A stretch of DNA of 64,000 bases, from positions 5,219 through 69,218 of the forward strand of contig JBBKWP010000363.1 of the NCBI GenBank assembly GCA_037968995.1, given 5' to 3'. Each line of letters begins with the position of its first letter. Within the stretch, counting starts at the first letter, position 1. A program made the position numbers and the translations under genes. Shown here in pieces: positions 29,368 through 38,586 of this stretch. A model generated the notes under the pieces. It made no database searches. It was not told the origin of the DNA and saw only the letters and a program-made list of their open reading frames with translations. This stretch comes from Candidatus Xenobia bacterium. Lineage in GTDB: Bacteria; Vulcanimicrobiota; Xenobia; Xenobiales; JADMJV01.

Positions 29368-29726
29368 GGAGTAACCACCCTGTCGCTGGTCAAACAGAGT
29401 TCGGCAAATCGTTCGAGATTGGTCAGTTGCACACCGGGCAGGAAAGTCTCGTGGTTTGAGACGCCTCGAAGGGCCGCACAACGTTGGCTGACGTAGACCG
29501 CGACACCTCGTGCCTTCAGTGCCTTCCAACCGCCATCAACAGGTACGGTGCATCCAGCATCATCGAGACGTTGACCGTTGATAGCTTGATAGACCCCGTC
29601 TCCTCTGAGAAAAACCCAAGTCGATGTTGTCTCAGGAGAATTTACAACATCGAGGCACTGTTCGAAGAAAACTTCGAATCCGTCGCGATCTTGGGGAGAG
29701 TTTTGCAGGAGAAATCCAACGACCAT
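29364..29726 (-). CDS. DsrE/TusD-family sulfur-relay-like protein
   Basis: From the internal ATG 29726 (14 nt after the ispG stop): MVVGFLLQNSP...VFLRGDGVYQA...GWKALKARGVAVYVSQRCAALRGV...FAELCLTSDRVV matches the DsrE/TusD pattern. Confidence 0.6.
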   Translation of the reverse strand: MVVGFLLQNSPQDRDGFEVFFEQCLDVVNSPETTSTWVFLRGDGVYQAINGQRLDDAGCTVPVDGGWKALKARGVAVYVSQRCAALRGVSNHETFLPGVQLTNLERFAELCLTSDRVVTP

Positions 29727-29739
29727 TAGGGGATCCGCT

Positions 29740-30981
29740 CTAAGAAGCGACAGCTTCTTTGGGAGAGTAGTGAGATTGAACGTATTCCTCGACCATTTCC
29801 AAGAACCGACCGCCAATGGTTTTGGCGTCTCCCTTCAAAGTGGCAACTTTCTGGCCATCGGCGTAGACTGGGGCGCTGGGATGCTCTCCGGTTCCAGGAA
29901 GCGAAAGGCCGATGTGCGCGCCTTTAGCCTCTCCCGGCCCGTTCACTACACAGCCCATAACGGCTACCTTCATGGATTCCACACCCTCGAACCCGGCCTC
30001 TTGCCAGGCTTTCATCCTCAACTTGAGGTGGTCTTCCACCTGGAGGGCGAGTTCCTGGAAGAGTGTACTTGTTGTTCGGCCGCAACCAGGACACGCGGTC
30101 ACTCGCGGAGTGAAACTACGCAATCCCATATTCTGAAGAATCTCTCTGCAGATCTCCACTTCTTCGGTGCGCGGCGCGCCGGGTTTTGGGGTCAAGGAGA
30201 CGCGAATCGTATCTCCGATCCCCTCGTGAAGGAGAATCCCCAAGGCCAGACTGGAACTGACAGTGCCTTTGATGCCCATGCCGGCCTCGGTGAGGCCTAA
30301 ATGAAGGGGAAAGCGGCTCCGTTTGGCCATCTCTTTGTATACGTGAATCATCTCTGCGACTTCACTGACTTTGGTCGACAATATGATCCGGTCTTCGGGC
30401 ATGCCATATTCTGTAGCTTGTCGGGCTGAACGAAGGGCGGATTGAACCATGGCGTCGAGAAAAACAATCTGAGCGCCTCGTGGGGAGCCAAGGGCGAGAT
30501 CTTCATCGATCAATTCTTTGAGGAGGGCTTGGTCGAGTGAGCCCCCATTGACCCCAATGCGAACCGGTTTTCCAAATTCGATGGCCGCTTCAATCATCGT
30601 CCGAAAGTTTGCGTCGTGTTGTTTTCCTACGCCAACGTTGCCGGGATTGATTCGGTACTTGTCGAGCGCTAAAGCGCACTCGGGATGGGCCACGAGTAAT
30701 TTGTGGCCGTTGTAGTGAAAGTCTCCCACCAACGGTGTGTTGTAGCCGGCGGCTCTGACTCGCTTCTTGATTTCCGGAACAGCCATGGCGTTCTCATCGT
30801 CTTTGACGGTGAAACGTACCAGTTCGGACCCGGCCTCGGCGAGTTCTATCACCTGGCGGACGGTGGATTCGACATCTGCGGTGTCGGTGTTAGTCATGCT
30901 CTGGACCCGAACCGGGTTGGAGCCGCCCACACCGACCTCGCCGACCTTCACCTCGAGGGTGTTGCGCAATCTCAATGACAT
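29740..30981 (-). CDS. ispG: 4-hydroxy-3-methylbut-2-en-1-yl diphosphate synthase
   Basis: [48 protein letters not shown] 30981 (MSLRLRN) is preceded by GAGGA. Confidence 0.92.
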   Translation of the reverse strand: MSLRLRNTLEVKVGEVGVGGSNPVRVQSMTNTDTADVESTVRQVIELAEAGSELVRFTVKDDENAMAVPEIKKRVRAAGYNTPLVGDFHYNGHKLLVAHPECALALDKYRINPGNVGVGKQHDANFRTMIEAAIEFGKPVRIGVNGGSLDQALLKELIDEDLALGSPRGAQIVFLDAMVQSALRSARQATEYGMPEDRIILSTKVSEVAEMIHVYKEMAKRSRFPLHLGLTEAGMGIKGTVSSSLALGILLHEGIGDTIRVSLTPKPGAPRTEEVEICREILQNMGLRSFTPRVTACPGCGRTTSTLFQELALQVEDHLKLRMKAWQEAGFEGVESMKVAVMGCVVNGPGEAKGAHIGLSLPGTGEHPSAPVYADGQKVATLKGDAKTIGGRFLEMVEEYVQSHYSPKEAVAS

Positions 30982-31101
30982 TATATCCTCATTCCCCACT
31001 CGCTCTCTTCTAAACTCTTCTCCTTCCCCATCTGTTGAGGGGCAGGATATGGATCGCGAGCCAACAAAAGCCAACATATTCTTAGGACTCAAGAGGTATT
31101 A

Positions 31102-32223
31102 ATGCAGCCCCAAACCCAGACTCCGAGCGAGATCGTAGACTTCCTCCCTCTCAAGCGAATGGACCACCTCGAATTTTACGTTGGCAACGCCAAGCAGAGC
31201 GCCCAGTATTACCGCACGGTGCTAGGGTTCACCATCTCTGGCTATCGAGGTCCCGAGACCGGCTATCGAGAGACGGCCTCCTATCTTCTGACTCAGGGAA
31301 AGATGAAGCTCGTGCTCACGTCAGCGATGTCGAGCGGACACGACGTGGCTAAACATGTAGCCAGGCACGGAGACGGAGTTAAGGTTCTGGCTCTAGAGGT
31401 GGACGACGCCGCCAAAAGCCTGGAAGCCACCGTCAGCCGAGGCGCCAAAAAAATTGCCGATGTAGAGGTCCTGACCGATGAGTCGGGGACGGTCAGAATC
31501 GCCACCATCGCCACCTACGGAGACACGGTACACACCTTTGTCGAACGAGGCGACTACCGCGGGGTATTCCTTCCGGGCTTTGAAGCTCGTGACCAGCAAC
31601 CTCCTAGTGGTGAGGTCGGCTTAGTGGGCATTGACCACGTGGTTGGCAACGTGGAACTAGGAGCCATGAATCAGTGGGTGGAGTTCTACGCGAAAACTAT
31701 GGGGTTCTCGCAGCTCGTTCATTTCGACGATGAAGCTATCTCCACGGATTACAGCGCTTTGATGTCCAAGGTCATGCAGAACGGCAGCGGAAAGATAAAG
31801 TTTCCCATTAATGAGCCGGCCGCCGGTAAAAAGAAATCTCAGATCGAGGAGTACCTCGACTTTTACGAAGGACCGGGTGTCCAGCATATGGCGCTCATCA
31901 CCGGGGACATTGTAACGACGGTCGAGAAACTACAGGCCAACGGACTGGAATTTCTTACCATCCCTCCCTCCTATTACGAAAACCTTGATGAACGGATCGG
32001 CGACATAAAGGAATCGGTCGCCGATCTCGCACGGCTTGGGATTCTGGTGGACAGAGACGACGAGGGATATCTTTTACAGATCTTCACAAAACCTATTCAA
32101 GACCGACCTACAGTTTTCTTCGAAGTGATCCAGCGCAGAGGATGTCGCGGCTTCGGCGCAGGCAACTTCAAGGCACTGTTCGAAGCCATCGAGCGCGAGC
32201 AAGCTCGCCGCGGAAATCTCTAG
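31102..32223 (+). CDS. hppD: 4-hydroxyphenylpyruvate dioxygenase
   Basis: MDHLEFYVGNAKQ, IDHVVGNV, GPGVQHMAL, FFEVIQRRGCRGFGAGNFKALFEAIEREQ. Confidence 0.92.
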   Translation: MQPQTQTPSEIVDFLPLKRMDHLEFYVGNAKQSAQYYRTVLGFTISGYRGPETGYRETASYLLTQGKMKLVLTSAMSSGHDVAKHVARHGDGVKVLALEVDDAAKSLEATVSRGAKKIADVEVLTDESGTVRIATIATYGDTVHTFVERGDYRGVFLPGFEARDQQPPSGEVGLVGIDHVVGNVELGAMNQWVEFYAKTMGFSQLVHFDDEAISTDYSALMSKVMQNGSGKIKFPINEPAAGKKKSQIEEYLDFYEGPGVQHMALITGDIVTTVEKLQANGLEFLTIPPSYYENLDERIGDIKESVADLARLGILVDRDDEGYLLQIFTKPIQDRPTVFFEVIQRRGCRGFGAGNFKALFEAIEREQARRGNL

Positions 32224-32236
32224 GAGGATCGACCCA

Positions 32237-33217
32237 ATGTTGGTACTCGAAGAACACGAACAACCCACACTCGAGGGAGAGAATATCGTTGTCTTCAGTG
32301 GCAACGCGAACCCACAGTTAGCCGCCTCGATCGCTTCTTATCTAGAGGTGCCCTTAGGCAATGCCTTGGTGGAGAATTTTACCAACGGAGAGATTCGAGT
32401 CCAGATCGAAGAGAATGTCCGGGGAGCCGAGGTCTTCGTAGTCCAACCAACCTGCGGGAATGTCAACGATTCCTTGATGGAGTTGTTGATCATGTGCGAC
32501 GCCCTGTCGCGATCTTCGGCGAGAACCATTACCGCCCTCATTCCTTATTACGGGTACGCCCGTCAGGAGAAGAAGACGACCGGACGGGAGCCTATCACCG
32601 CAAAGCTCGTGGCGAACCTGATCACGGTGGCCGGTGCTGACAGAGTGGTGACCATCGACCTTCATGCCGCCGCCATCCAAGGCTTCTTTGATATTCCTGT
32701 GGACAACCTGATGGCCATGCCTATCGTAGTGGACTACTTCCGCAACAAGAGAATTCCCAAAGAGGAACTGGTTGTCGTGAGTCCCGATGCGGGTGGGGTG
32801 AACCGGGCGCGCAAATATGCCGAACGACTCGGTGCGGGATTGGCGATCATCTTCAAACGTCGACCTCGTCCCGACGCGGTTGACATGATGGACTTTGTGG
32901 GAGAGATCGAGGGCAAGACCGCCTTGATTGTCGATGACATCATTTCCACCGGCGGCACTCTCTTGCGGGGTGCCGATTTGTTAATGGAGCGGGGAGCCAA
33001 GCGCGTTATGGCGGCCACCACTCACGGTCTGTTCGCGGGAAACGCCATCGAGGCCATCGAGGCCTCTTCCATCGAAGAGGTGATCGTTACGGACACGGTC
33101 CCCATTCCGTCGGACGCCAAACGAGGCAAAATCACTGAACTCTCGGTCGCTCCCCTCTTGGGAGAGGCGATCCGTCGGAACTATTTTAACCTGTCTGTGA
33201 GCAAACTTTTTGGATAG
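32237..33217 (+). CDS. prs: ribose-phosphate pyrophosphokinase
   Basis: FSGNANPQLA, YYGYARQEKK, DLHAAAIQGFFDIPVDNL, VSPDAGGVNRAR, IVDDIISTGGTL. Confidence 0.93.
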   Translation: MLVLEEHEQPTLEGENIVVFSGNANPQLAASIASYLEVPLGNALVENFTNGEIRVQIEENVRGAEVFVVQPTCGNVNDSLMELLIMCDALSRSSARTITALIPYYGYARQEKKTTGREPITAKLVANLITVAGADRVVTIDLHAAAIQGFFDIPVDNLMAMPIVVDYFRNKRIPKEELVVVSPDAGGVNRARKYAERLGAGLAIIFKRRPRPDAVDMMDFVGEIEGKTALIVDDIISTGGTLLRGADLLMERGAKRVMAATTHGLFAGNAIEAIEASSIEEVIVTDTVPIPSDAKRGKITELSVAPLLGEAIRRNYFNLSVSKLFG

Positions 33218-33278
33218 GAGGCTGTGCGCCCAGCGACAGCCCCCTAGTCTCTGAACTCTTGAAAGTGAGAAAACGTTT

Positions 33279-34895
33279 ATGACCCCCGCATCTACTGCAA
33301 CTGCGCCCAAGAACCTGAACCCCGGTTGGTCGACCTTCACTGACCTCTATCACGAATATCCTGAAGTCGGATTCAGTCTCGACCTTTCGGCGTGCGGCGT
33401 TGATCGCGCCGCGCTCGATTCGCTGAGCCAGCGTATGAATACTGCGTTGAAGGCTATGGATGAACTGGAGAAGGGAGCGATCGCTAACGGCGATGAGAAT
33501 CGTATGGTCGGGCATTATTGGCTTCGGGCCCCCGAACTCGCTCCCAGCGTTGACCTCGGCGACCGGATCAGACAGACCGTCGACCGGATCGAAGCCTTCG
33601 CCGCGGACCTTCATAACGGACGAATCACGACTCCTGAGGGCTCAAGATTCGACACTGTGATCAGTGTTGGAATCGGCGGCTCCGCCTTAGGCCCTCAACT
33701 GGTAGAGAAAGCTCTGGCGACCCATCGGCAACCGATGGAAGTCTATTTTCTCGACAATACGGATCCGGACGGAATCGAGAATCTTCTAGGGGCTTTAGGC
33801 CCGGAACACTTGGCGACAACTCTCGTGGTCGTAACCTCCAAGTCCGGAGGCACCCCGGAAACACTCAACGGGATGTTGGAAGTCGAGAACGCTTTTGTCG
33901 CTGCGGGACGGCCCTTCCACGCTCACGCGGTGGCGGTAACGGGCGACGGAAGCAAACTTTTCAAAACAGCCCAGAAAGGCGAATGGCTCGCCACTTTTCC
34001 TATGGAAGATTGGGTCGGAGGGCGTACTTCGGTCACCTCCGCGGTGGGGTTACTTCCTGCTGCGTTGGGCGGCGTGGACATCAGGGAGTTCCTCCGAGGT
34101 GCGCGAGAGATGGATCAGCTGACGCGTCACGCCGACCCGCTTTACAACCCTGCCGCACTCTTGGCGTCGGCTTGGTATATCATCGGTGAGGGCCACGGGA
34201 AAAAAGACATGGTGGTCCTCCCCTACAAGGATCGTCTCGATCTTTTCAGCCGATACCTGCAGCAGTTAGTCATGGAGTCTCTGGGAAAATCTACCGACCG
34301 CGACGGGCGAACCGTAGAGCAAGGGATCGCTGTTTATGGCAACAAGGGTAGCACCGACCAGCACGCCTATGTTCAGCAACTGCGCGACGGGCTCCGTAAT
34401 TTTTTCGTCACTTTCATCCTGGTCAACAAGACGCGGGACGGTTCACCTTTCGAAGTGGAAAAAGGGGTCTTGACGGAAGACTTTCTGAATGCGTTCTTTT
34501 TGGGCACTCGAACGGCATTGGCCGACGAAGGTCGCCCAAGTCTGACGCTGACGCTCTCTCGAGTCAACGCTTATCATCTGTCAGGGCTGATCGCTCTGTT
34601 CGAAAGGGCCGTGGGACTCTATGCGGAGTTGATCAACGTCAACGCTTATCATCAACCCGGTGTGGAGGCTGGTAAGAAGGCCGCAACTGGGTCCCTCGAG
34701 TTGCAGGCAGCGATCCTAAAGACGCTTTCCAAGAATAGTGATAAGGCTATGGGGGTTTCTGAACTCGCTAAAACCTTGAAGGCCGACGACCGCGAGGCCA
34801 TGGTGTTCTATCTCTGCCGCCACTTGGCTCAGACAGGTCGCCTACGGCGAGTGGGCACCGGATCCGAGAGTCTCTTTAGGGTCGTGAAAGGGTAA
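33279..34895 (+). CDS. pgi: glucose-6-phosphate isomerase
   Basis: VGIGGSALGP, VVTSKSGGTPET, GGRTSVTSAVGLLP, NKGSTDQHAYVQQL, NAYHQPGVEAGK. Confidence 0.9.
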   Translation: MTPASTATAPKNLNPGWSTFTDLYHEYPEVGFSLDLSACGVDRAALDSLSQRMNTALKAMDELEKGAIANGDENRMVGHYWLRAPELAPSVDLGDRIRQTVDRIEAFAADLHNGRITTPEGSRFDTVISVGIGGSALGPQLVEKALATHRQPMEVYFLDNTDPDGIENLLGALGPEHLATTLVVVTSKSGGTPETLNGMLEVENAFVAAGRPFHAHAVAVTGDGSKLFKTAQKGEWLATFPMEDWVGGRTSVTSAVGLLPAALGGVDIREFLRGAREMDQLTRHADPLYNPAALLASAWYIIGEGHGKKDMVVLPYKDRLDLFSRYLQQLVMESLGKSTDRDGRTVEQGIAVYGNKGSTDQHAYVQQLRDGLRNFFVTFILVNKTRDGSPFEVEKGVLTEDFLNAFFLGTRTALADEGRPSLTLTLSRVNAYHLSGLIALFERAVGLYAELINVNAYHQPGVEAGKKAATGSLELQAAILKTLSKNSDKAMGVSELAKTLKADDREAMVFYLCRHLAQTGRLRRVGTGSESLFRVVKG

Positions 34896-34907
34896 TATAA
34901 GCCTAAT

Positions 34908-35807
34908 ATGACCGAGGCGATGCAGTGGTTTGAGGACCGTGATTGGTGTTATTTGAGGGTCAAGGGTAAAGACCGAGTCGATTTTTTTCATCGACTGACG
35001 ACGAATTCTATTCCCAAGCCTGGCCAACCGGCGGCTCATACCTTCTTCTTGTCGGTCAGCGCGAAGGTTTTGGCTGAATTCTGGGTGGTAGCAACCGCCG
35101 AGCACCTCAGCCTTTTTACCCCTAGAGCTCAGTTGACTTCGGCCAAAGAGAATATCGATCGTTTTCATTTTAGCGAAGACCTTCAACTGGAAGAGCCTGC
35201 CGGAAAACTTTTCGTTCTTACGAATCTGAGTCCTGAAGTCTTGGAAGCCTTCACGGTTCTCGCGGAAATCGTACAATCGCCGGACCCACGGCACGGCGAG
35301 ACATCTGCTTGGTTTTTCGTTGAAGAGCCCCAAGTGGAGGCTTTTGTCTCCCTGTGCTCGGAGTCCGGCGTAGCCTTGAGCCAGACCGAAGCCGACGCCT
35401 TGCGATTGGTAACCGGCCGTCCACGTTACGAAGTCGACTACACAGGAGACACTCTTTTCTTGGAAATGGCACAAGACGACGATTTTTCCGAGGCGAAAGG
35501 ATGTTATCCTGGCCAGGAAATTGTGGCCAGGATCCTCCACCGAGGTCGACTACAGCGCCATTTGAGAGCTTTCGAATCCCAAGAAATGATTCCGATGGAC
35601 TGGACGAGCGTGGCAGACGGCAAGGAAATGGCGCGGGTCACTACCATTTTGCCCTGGGAAGAGGGCGGTAGTCGAGGCTTTCTCTACGTACGGCGTGAAG
35701 TCGGAGAGTCGGGGCAGATCCTTCAAGGCAAGGACTCTAGCGGCGTCACGTTCTCCTTGACGGTTCGGGCGAGACCCGGCGAAGTTCTGACGGGGTCCTC
35801 CGAATGA
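34908..35807 (+). CDS. YgfZ/CAF17-family folate-binding protein
   Basis: GcvT-like fold signature [13 protein letters not shown] and [14 protein letters not shown]. Its stop overlaps the thyA ATG (ATGA). Confidence 0.75.
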   Translation: MTEAMQWFEDRDWCYLRVKGKDRVDFFHRLTTNSIPKPGQPAAHTFFLSVSAKVLAEFWVVATAEHLSLFTPRAQLTSAKENIDRFHFSEDLQLEEPAGKLFVLTNLSPEVLEAFTVLAEIVQSPDPRHGETSAWFFVEEPQVEAFVSLCSESGVALSQTEADALRLVTGRPRYEVDYTGDTLFLEMAQDDDFSEAKGCYPGQEIVARILHRGRLQRHLRAFESQEMIPMDWTSVADGKEMARVTTILPWEEGGSRGFLYVRREVGESGQILQGKDSSGVTFSLTVRARPGEVLTGSSE

Positions 35808-36598
35808 AAAACTATTTGGAGCTTTTGGCCGAGGTCCGTCATCACGGCACGGAAAAGAGCGATCGCACGGGAACTGGTACCCTGAGCAGGTTCGGCGCTC
35901 AACTGAGATTCGATCTCGCTTCTGGGTTTCCAGCGGTGACCACCAAAAAACTTTTCTTTCGCTCTGTCGTGACAGAGTTGGTCTGGTTCTTGAGGGGCGA
36001 GACGAACATCGCCTTCTTGAACGAACACAACTGTTCCATTTGGGACGCTTGGGCTGACGAGGACGGTGAACTCGGACCGGTCTACGGAGCGCAATGGCGC
36101 CACTGGCCGACCACGGACGGTGGTGAGATCGACCAGATTGCCCAGCTGGTCAAGGGGCTCAAAGAAAATCCTGACTCGAGGCGCCACATCGTTTCGGCTT
36201 GGAATGTCGAACAGATACCGACCATGGCCTTGCCGCCGTGCCATACGCTGTTTCAGTTCTACGTCGCCGAGGGGCGTCTATCTTGTGGCCTATACCAGCG
36301 CAGTGCCGACCTCTTTTTGGGTGTGCCGTTCAATATCGCCTCCTACGCCTTGCTCACCCATATGGTGGCTCAAGTGTGTGGCTTGGAGGTCGGAGACTTT
36401 GTTCACAGTTTCGGCGACGTTCATATCTACACCAACCATCTCACGCAAGTCGATACGCAACTCTCGAGAGTTCCCAAGCCGCTCCCGACCTTGGTTTTAG
36501 ACCCGAGCGTCAAGGAGATCGACGGCTTTCTCCCCAATCATGTCCAACTCGCTCACTACGATCCGTATCCGCCTCTCAGGGCACCCATCTCCGTTTGA
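35804..36598 (+). CDS. thyA: thymidylate synthase
   Basis: [59 protein letters not shown]. Confidence 0.95.
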   Translation: MKNYLELLAEVRHHGTEKSDRTGTGTLSRFGAQLRFDLASGFPAVTTKKLFFRSVVTELVWFLRGETNIAFLNEHNCSIWDAWADEDGELGPVYGAQWRHWPTTDGGEIDQIAQLVKGLKENPDSRRHIVSAWNVEQIPTMALPPCHTLFQFYVAEGRLSCGLYQRSADLFLGVPFNIASYALLTHMVAQVCGLEVGDFVHSFGDVHIYTNHLTQVDTQLSRVPKPLPTLVLDPSVKEIDGFLPNHVQLAHYDPYPPLRAPISV

Positions 36599-36612
36599 AA
36601 GAGGAAGCCGAC

Positions 36613-37212
36613 GTGCAGTATTTTCATAATCCACTCCAGCCTGGCGGCGGGGGCGGGATCGACAAGGACAAAGCGCTCACACTTACCCTCTGGAACAAAA
36701 TTGAGAGTTCCCTTCGAGAGCAGTCTGGTAGCGATCAGATCCTCTTTCACGCGGAGGTCAAACGTCTCTGTCTCGTTGTGGAGGCCGCGCTTGAGATTTG
36801 GGATCCTAACACCAAAGGCGAGCAGGATTCTAAAGCGCTTTTCTTGCGAGAACTGTCAATACAACTGCGAATCCTTGCGCATATGCGTCGTTTGGACGCC
36901 GAAGGCGTCGAGAAGTCCGCCGCAGCGGCCGCCGAAAAGGTCAAGTTGGAACTCCCTGGCGTGAAATCGGGCGCGGAAACCCTTTTGGAAGTTCTGCGGA
37001 CGTCTATCACGCTCTCAGAAGAAGAACTCTTAGAAGGTATCGGAGTTCAGCCCCTGGCTATGGTTTTGGTGGAAAAGCAACAGCTTTTCGAAGAACTGGG
37101 TAGCCAGTTCTTTCGACTCCACGACCACGTGGGAAAGCGTCGCACCGATGTTGAGCGCACACTCCAGCAACTCCTGACGTTGCATTCAAGAAAGGCTCCC
37201 GAAAAATCATGA
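36613..37212 (+). CDS. hypothetical helical protein
   Basis: GTG 36613 is preceded by AGAGGAAG. The track ORF (from 36199) would overlap thyA by 400 nt. The stop overlaps the DAHP synthase ATG (ATGA). No family recognised. Confidence 0.5.
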   Translation: MQYFHNPLQPGGGGGIDKDKALTLTLWNKIESSLREQSGSDQILFHAEVKRLCLVVEAALEIWDPNTKGEQDSKALFLRELSIQLRILAHMRRLDAEGVEKSAAAAAEKVKLELPGVKSGAETLLEVLRTSITLSEEELLEGIGVQPLAMVLVEKQQLFEELGSQFFRLHDHVGKRRTDVERTLQQLLTLHSRKAPEKS

Positions 37213-38360
37213 TTATTGAATTAGACAATGAGCAAGACGATACGTTCGAAGCGATCCGCGAGATGGCTAAAACCTTCGGGAACACAGTGGAGAGAATTCG
37301 TGGAAGCGGACCGGTCGACACCCTCCATGTCATTGGAGACCCCCGCGATTTGGCTCAACACACTGAATATCTAGGAACTTTGGCCGGCGTCGGACGAGTT
37401 TGGCGCATTTCGTCATCTTACAAGAACATCGCTCGGCGGGTCGTTGGCGAAAACAAGCGTTCAGTGAAGCGACCGTCTCGGGTGGTGGAGATTCCTGGTC
37501 CCGACGGATTGGTTCGCCGGTTCGGTGATGGGAAATGCCTTTTTATCATCGGGCCGGATTCCATACAGAGCGAACAGCAGATTCGGCTAGCTGGTGAAAA
37601 AATTGCCGAACTCGCCGACCGGTTGAACATTCGTGATCGAGTGATGTTGCGGGCCGGCGCCTTCAAGCCTCGGACCCGACCCACCGATTTTCGAGGGATG
37701 GGGATGGACGGGATCCGCCTGTTGGACAAGGTGCGCGAAGACACGGGCCTGCCCTACGTCTCCGAGGTGATGGACCATACCTTGGTAGAGGAACTTGCCG
37801 AACATTTGGACTGTTTTCAGATCGGGACCCGCAACGCTCAAGATTTCAAGTTGTTAGAAACCGTCGGCGACACAGGCAAACCTGTCATCCTAAAGCGCGG
37901 TTTTGGCAACGACGCCGTAGAGTGGTTTAATGCCGCGGAGTATATTGCCAATCGGGGAAATCTCAATATCATGCTATGCGAGCGTGGTGTCAAGACCATG
38001 TTCTGTGGAAGTGGGTACAACCGTTTCACGCCTGATCTCAACGTCATCACCTACGCTCAAAAAGAGACGATATTGCCGGTGGTCTGGGATCCCAGTCACG
38101 CTGCAGGTGACGACGCGGTGGTGGTGCCAAACATGTTGGCTGCGCTCCCCTACGGTCCCGCCGCCTTGCTGGTGGAGACCATTCACGATGAAGCGTTTCG
38201 TAAGGAGCAGATGTGCGATGCCCGCCAAGCTTTGGCGATGGCACCACTCGAGGCAGCCATAAAAGCCGTTCTGGAATACGAACGGGTGCTCCAGCCCCTC
38301 TTAGAGGAGGCTCAAGATTACTTTGTCCATCGACCCACCACGGCGCCGCTTCCAACTTAA
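37209..38360 (+). CDS. 3-deoxy-7-phosphoheptulonate (DAHP) synthase, type I-beta, with N-terminal ferredoxin-like regulatory domain
   Basis: LRAGAFKPRT, FQIGTRNAQDF, PVILKRG, LCERGV, DPSHAAG. The ~90-aa N-terminal extension resembles the Thermotoga-type FL domain. Confidence 0.85.
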   Translation: MIIELDNEQDDTFEAIREMAKTFGNTVERIRGSGPVDTLHVIGDPRDLAQHTEYLGTLAGVGRVWRISSSYKNIARRVVGENKRSVKRPSRVVEIPGPDGLVRRFGDGKCLFIIGPDSIQSEQQIRLAGEKIAELADRLNIRDRVMLRAGAFKPRTRPTDFRGMGMDGIRLLDKVREDTGLPYVSEVMDHTLVEELAEHLDCFQIGTRNAQDFKLLETVGDTGKPVILKRGFGNDAVEWFNAAEYIANRGNLNIMLCERGVKTMFCGSGYNRFTPDLNVITYAQKETILPVVWDPSHAAGDDAVVVPNMLAALPYGPAALLVETIHDEAFRKEQMCDARQALAMAPLEAAIKAVLEYERVLQPLLEEAQDYFVHRPTTAPLPT

Positions 38361-38586
38361 AGCCGATTATTTTTGAAGCCTTGACGACCGAGTTCACATC
38401 CTGGCAACATGCGGAAGGGTTATTCCAGTTGTGTACCCTCTGCACTAGCTAATATGAGGAGATTGAAATTGGAGTGGCAAGTTCGTATCGCTAAAAATCT
38501 CTTTTAGCTATCTTAACTCACAGTGCTACGACGCCCGTGATGCTTCGTCACCAATCTCAAGTCGGAACTGGAAAGCGGGAGCAACG

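Noticed and set aside
34842-35540. 232-aa minus-strand ORF
   Set aside because: It is antisense to the YgfZ-like gene, which carries the KGCYPGQE signature. It would also overlap the pgi 3' end.
35723-36244. 173-aa minus-strand ORF
   Set aside because: It is antisense to thyA, whose identity is unambiguous.
36199-36612. 5' extension of the track ORF 36199..37212
   Set aside because: It would overlap thyA out of frame for ~400 nt. An SD-supported GTG lies at 36613, just after the thyA stop.
38490-38508. AT-rich 7-bp hairpin (gctaaaa atctc ttttagc) after the DAHP synthase gene, as a terminator
   Set aside because: The stem is weak and all A-T/G-C poor, with no following T-run. It lies 130 nt past the stop and is not convincing.
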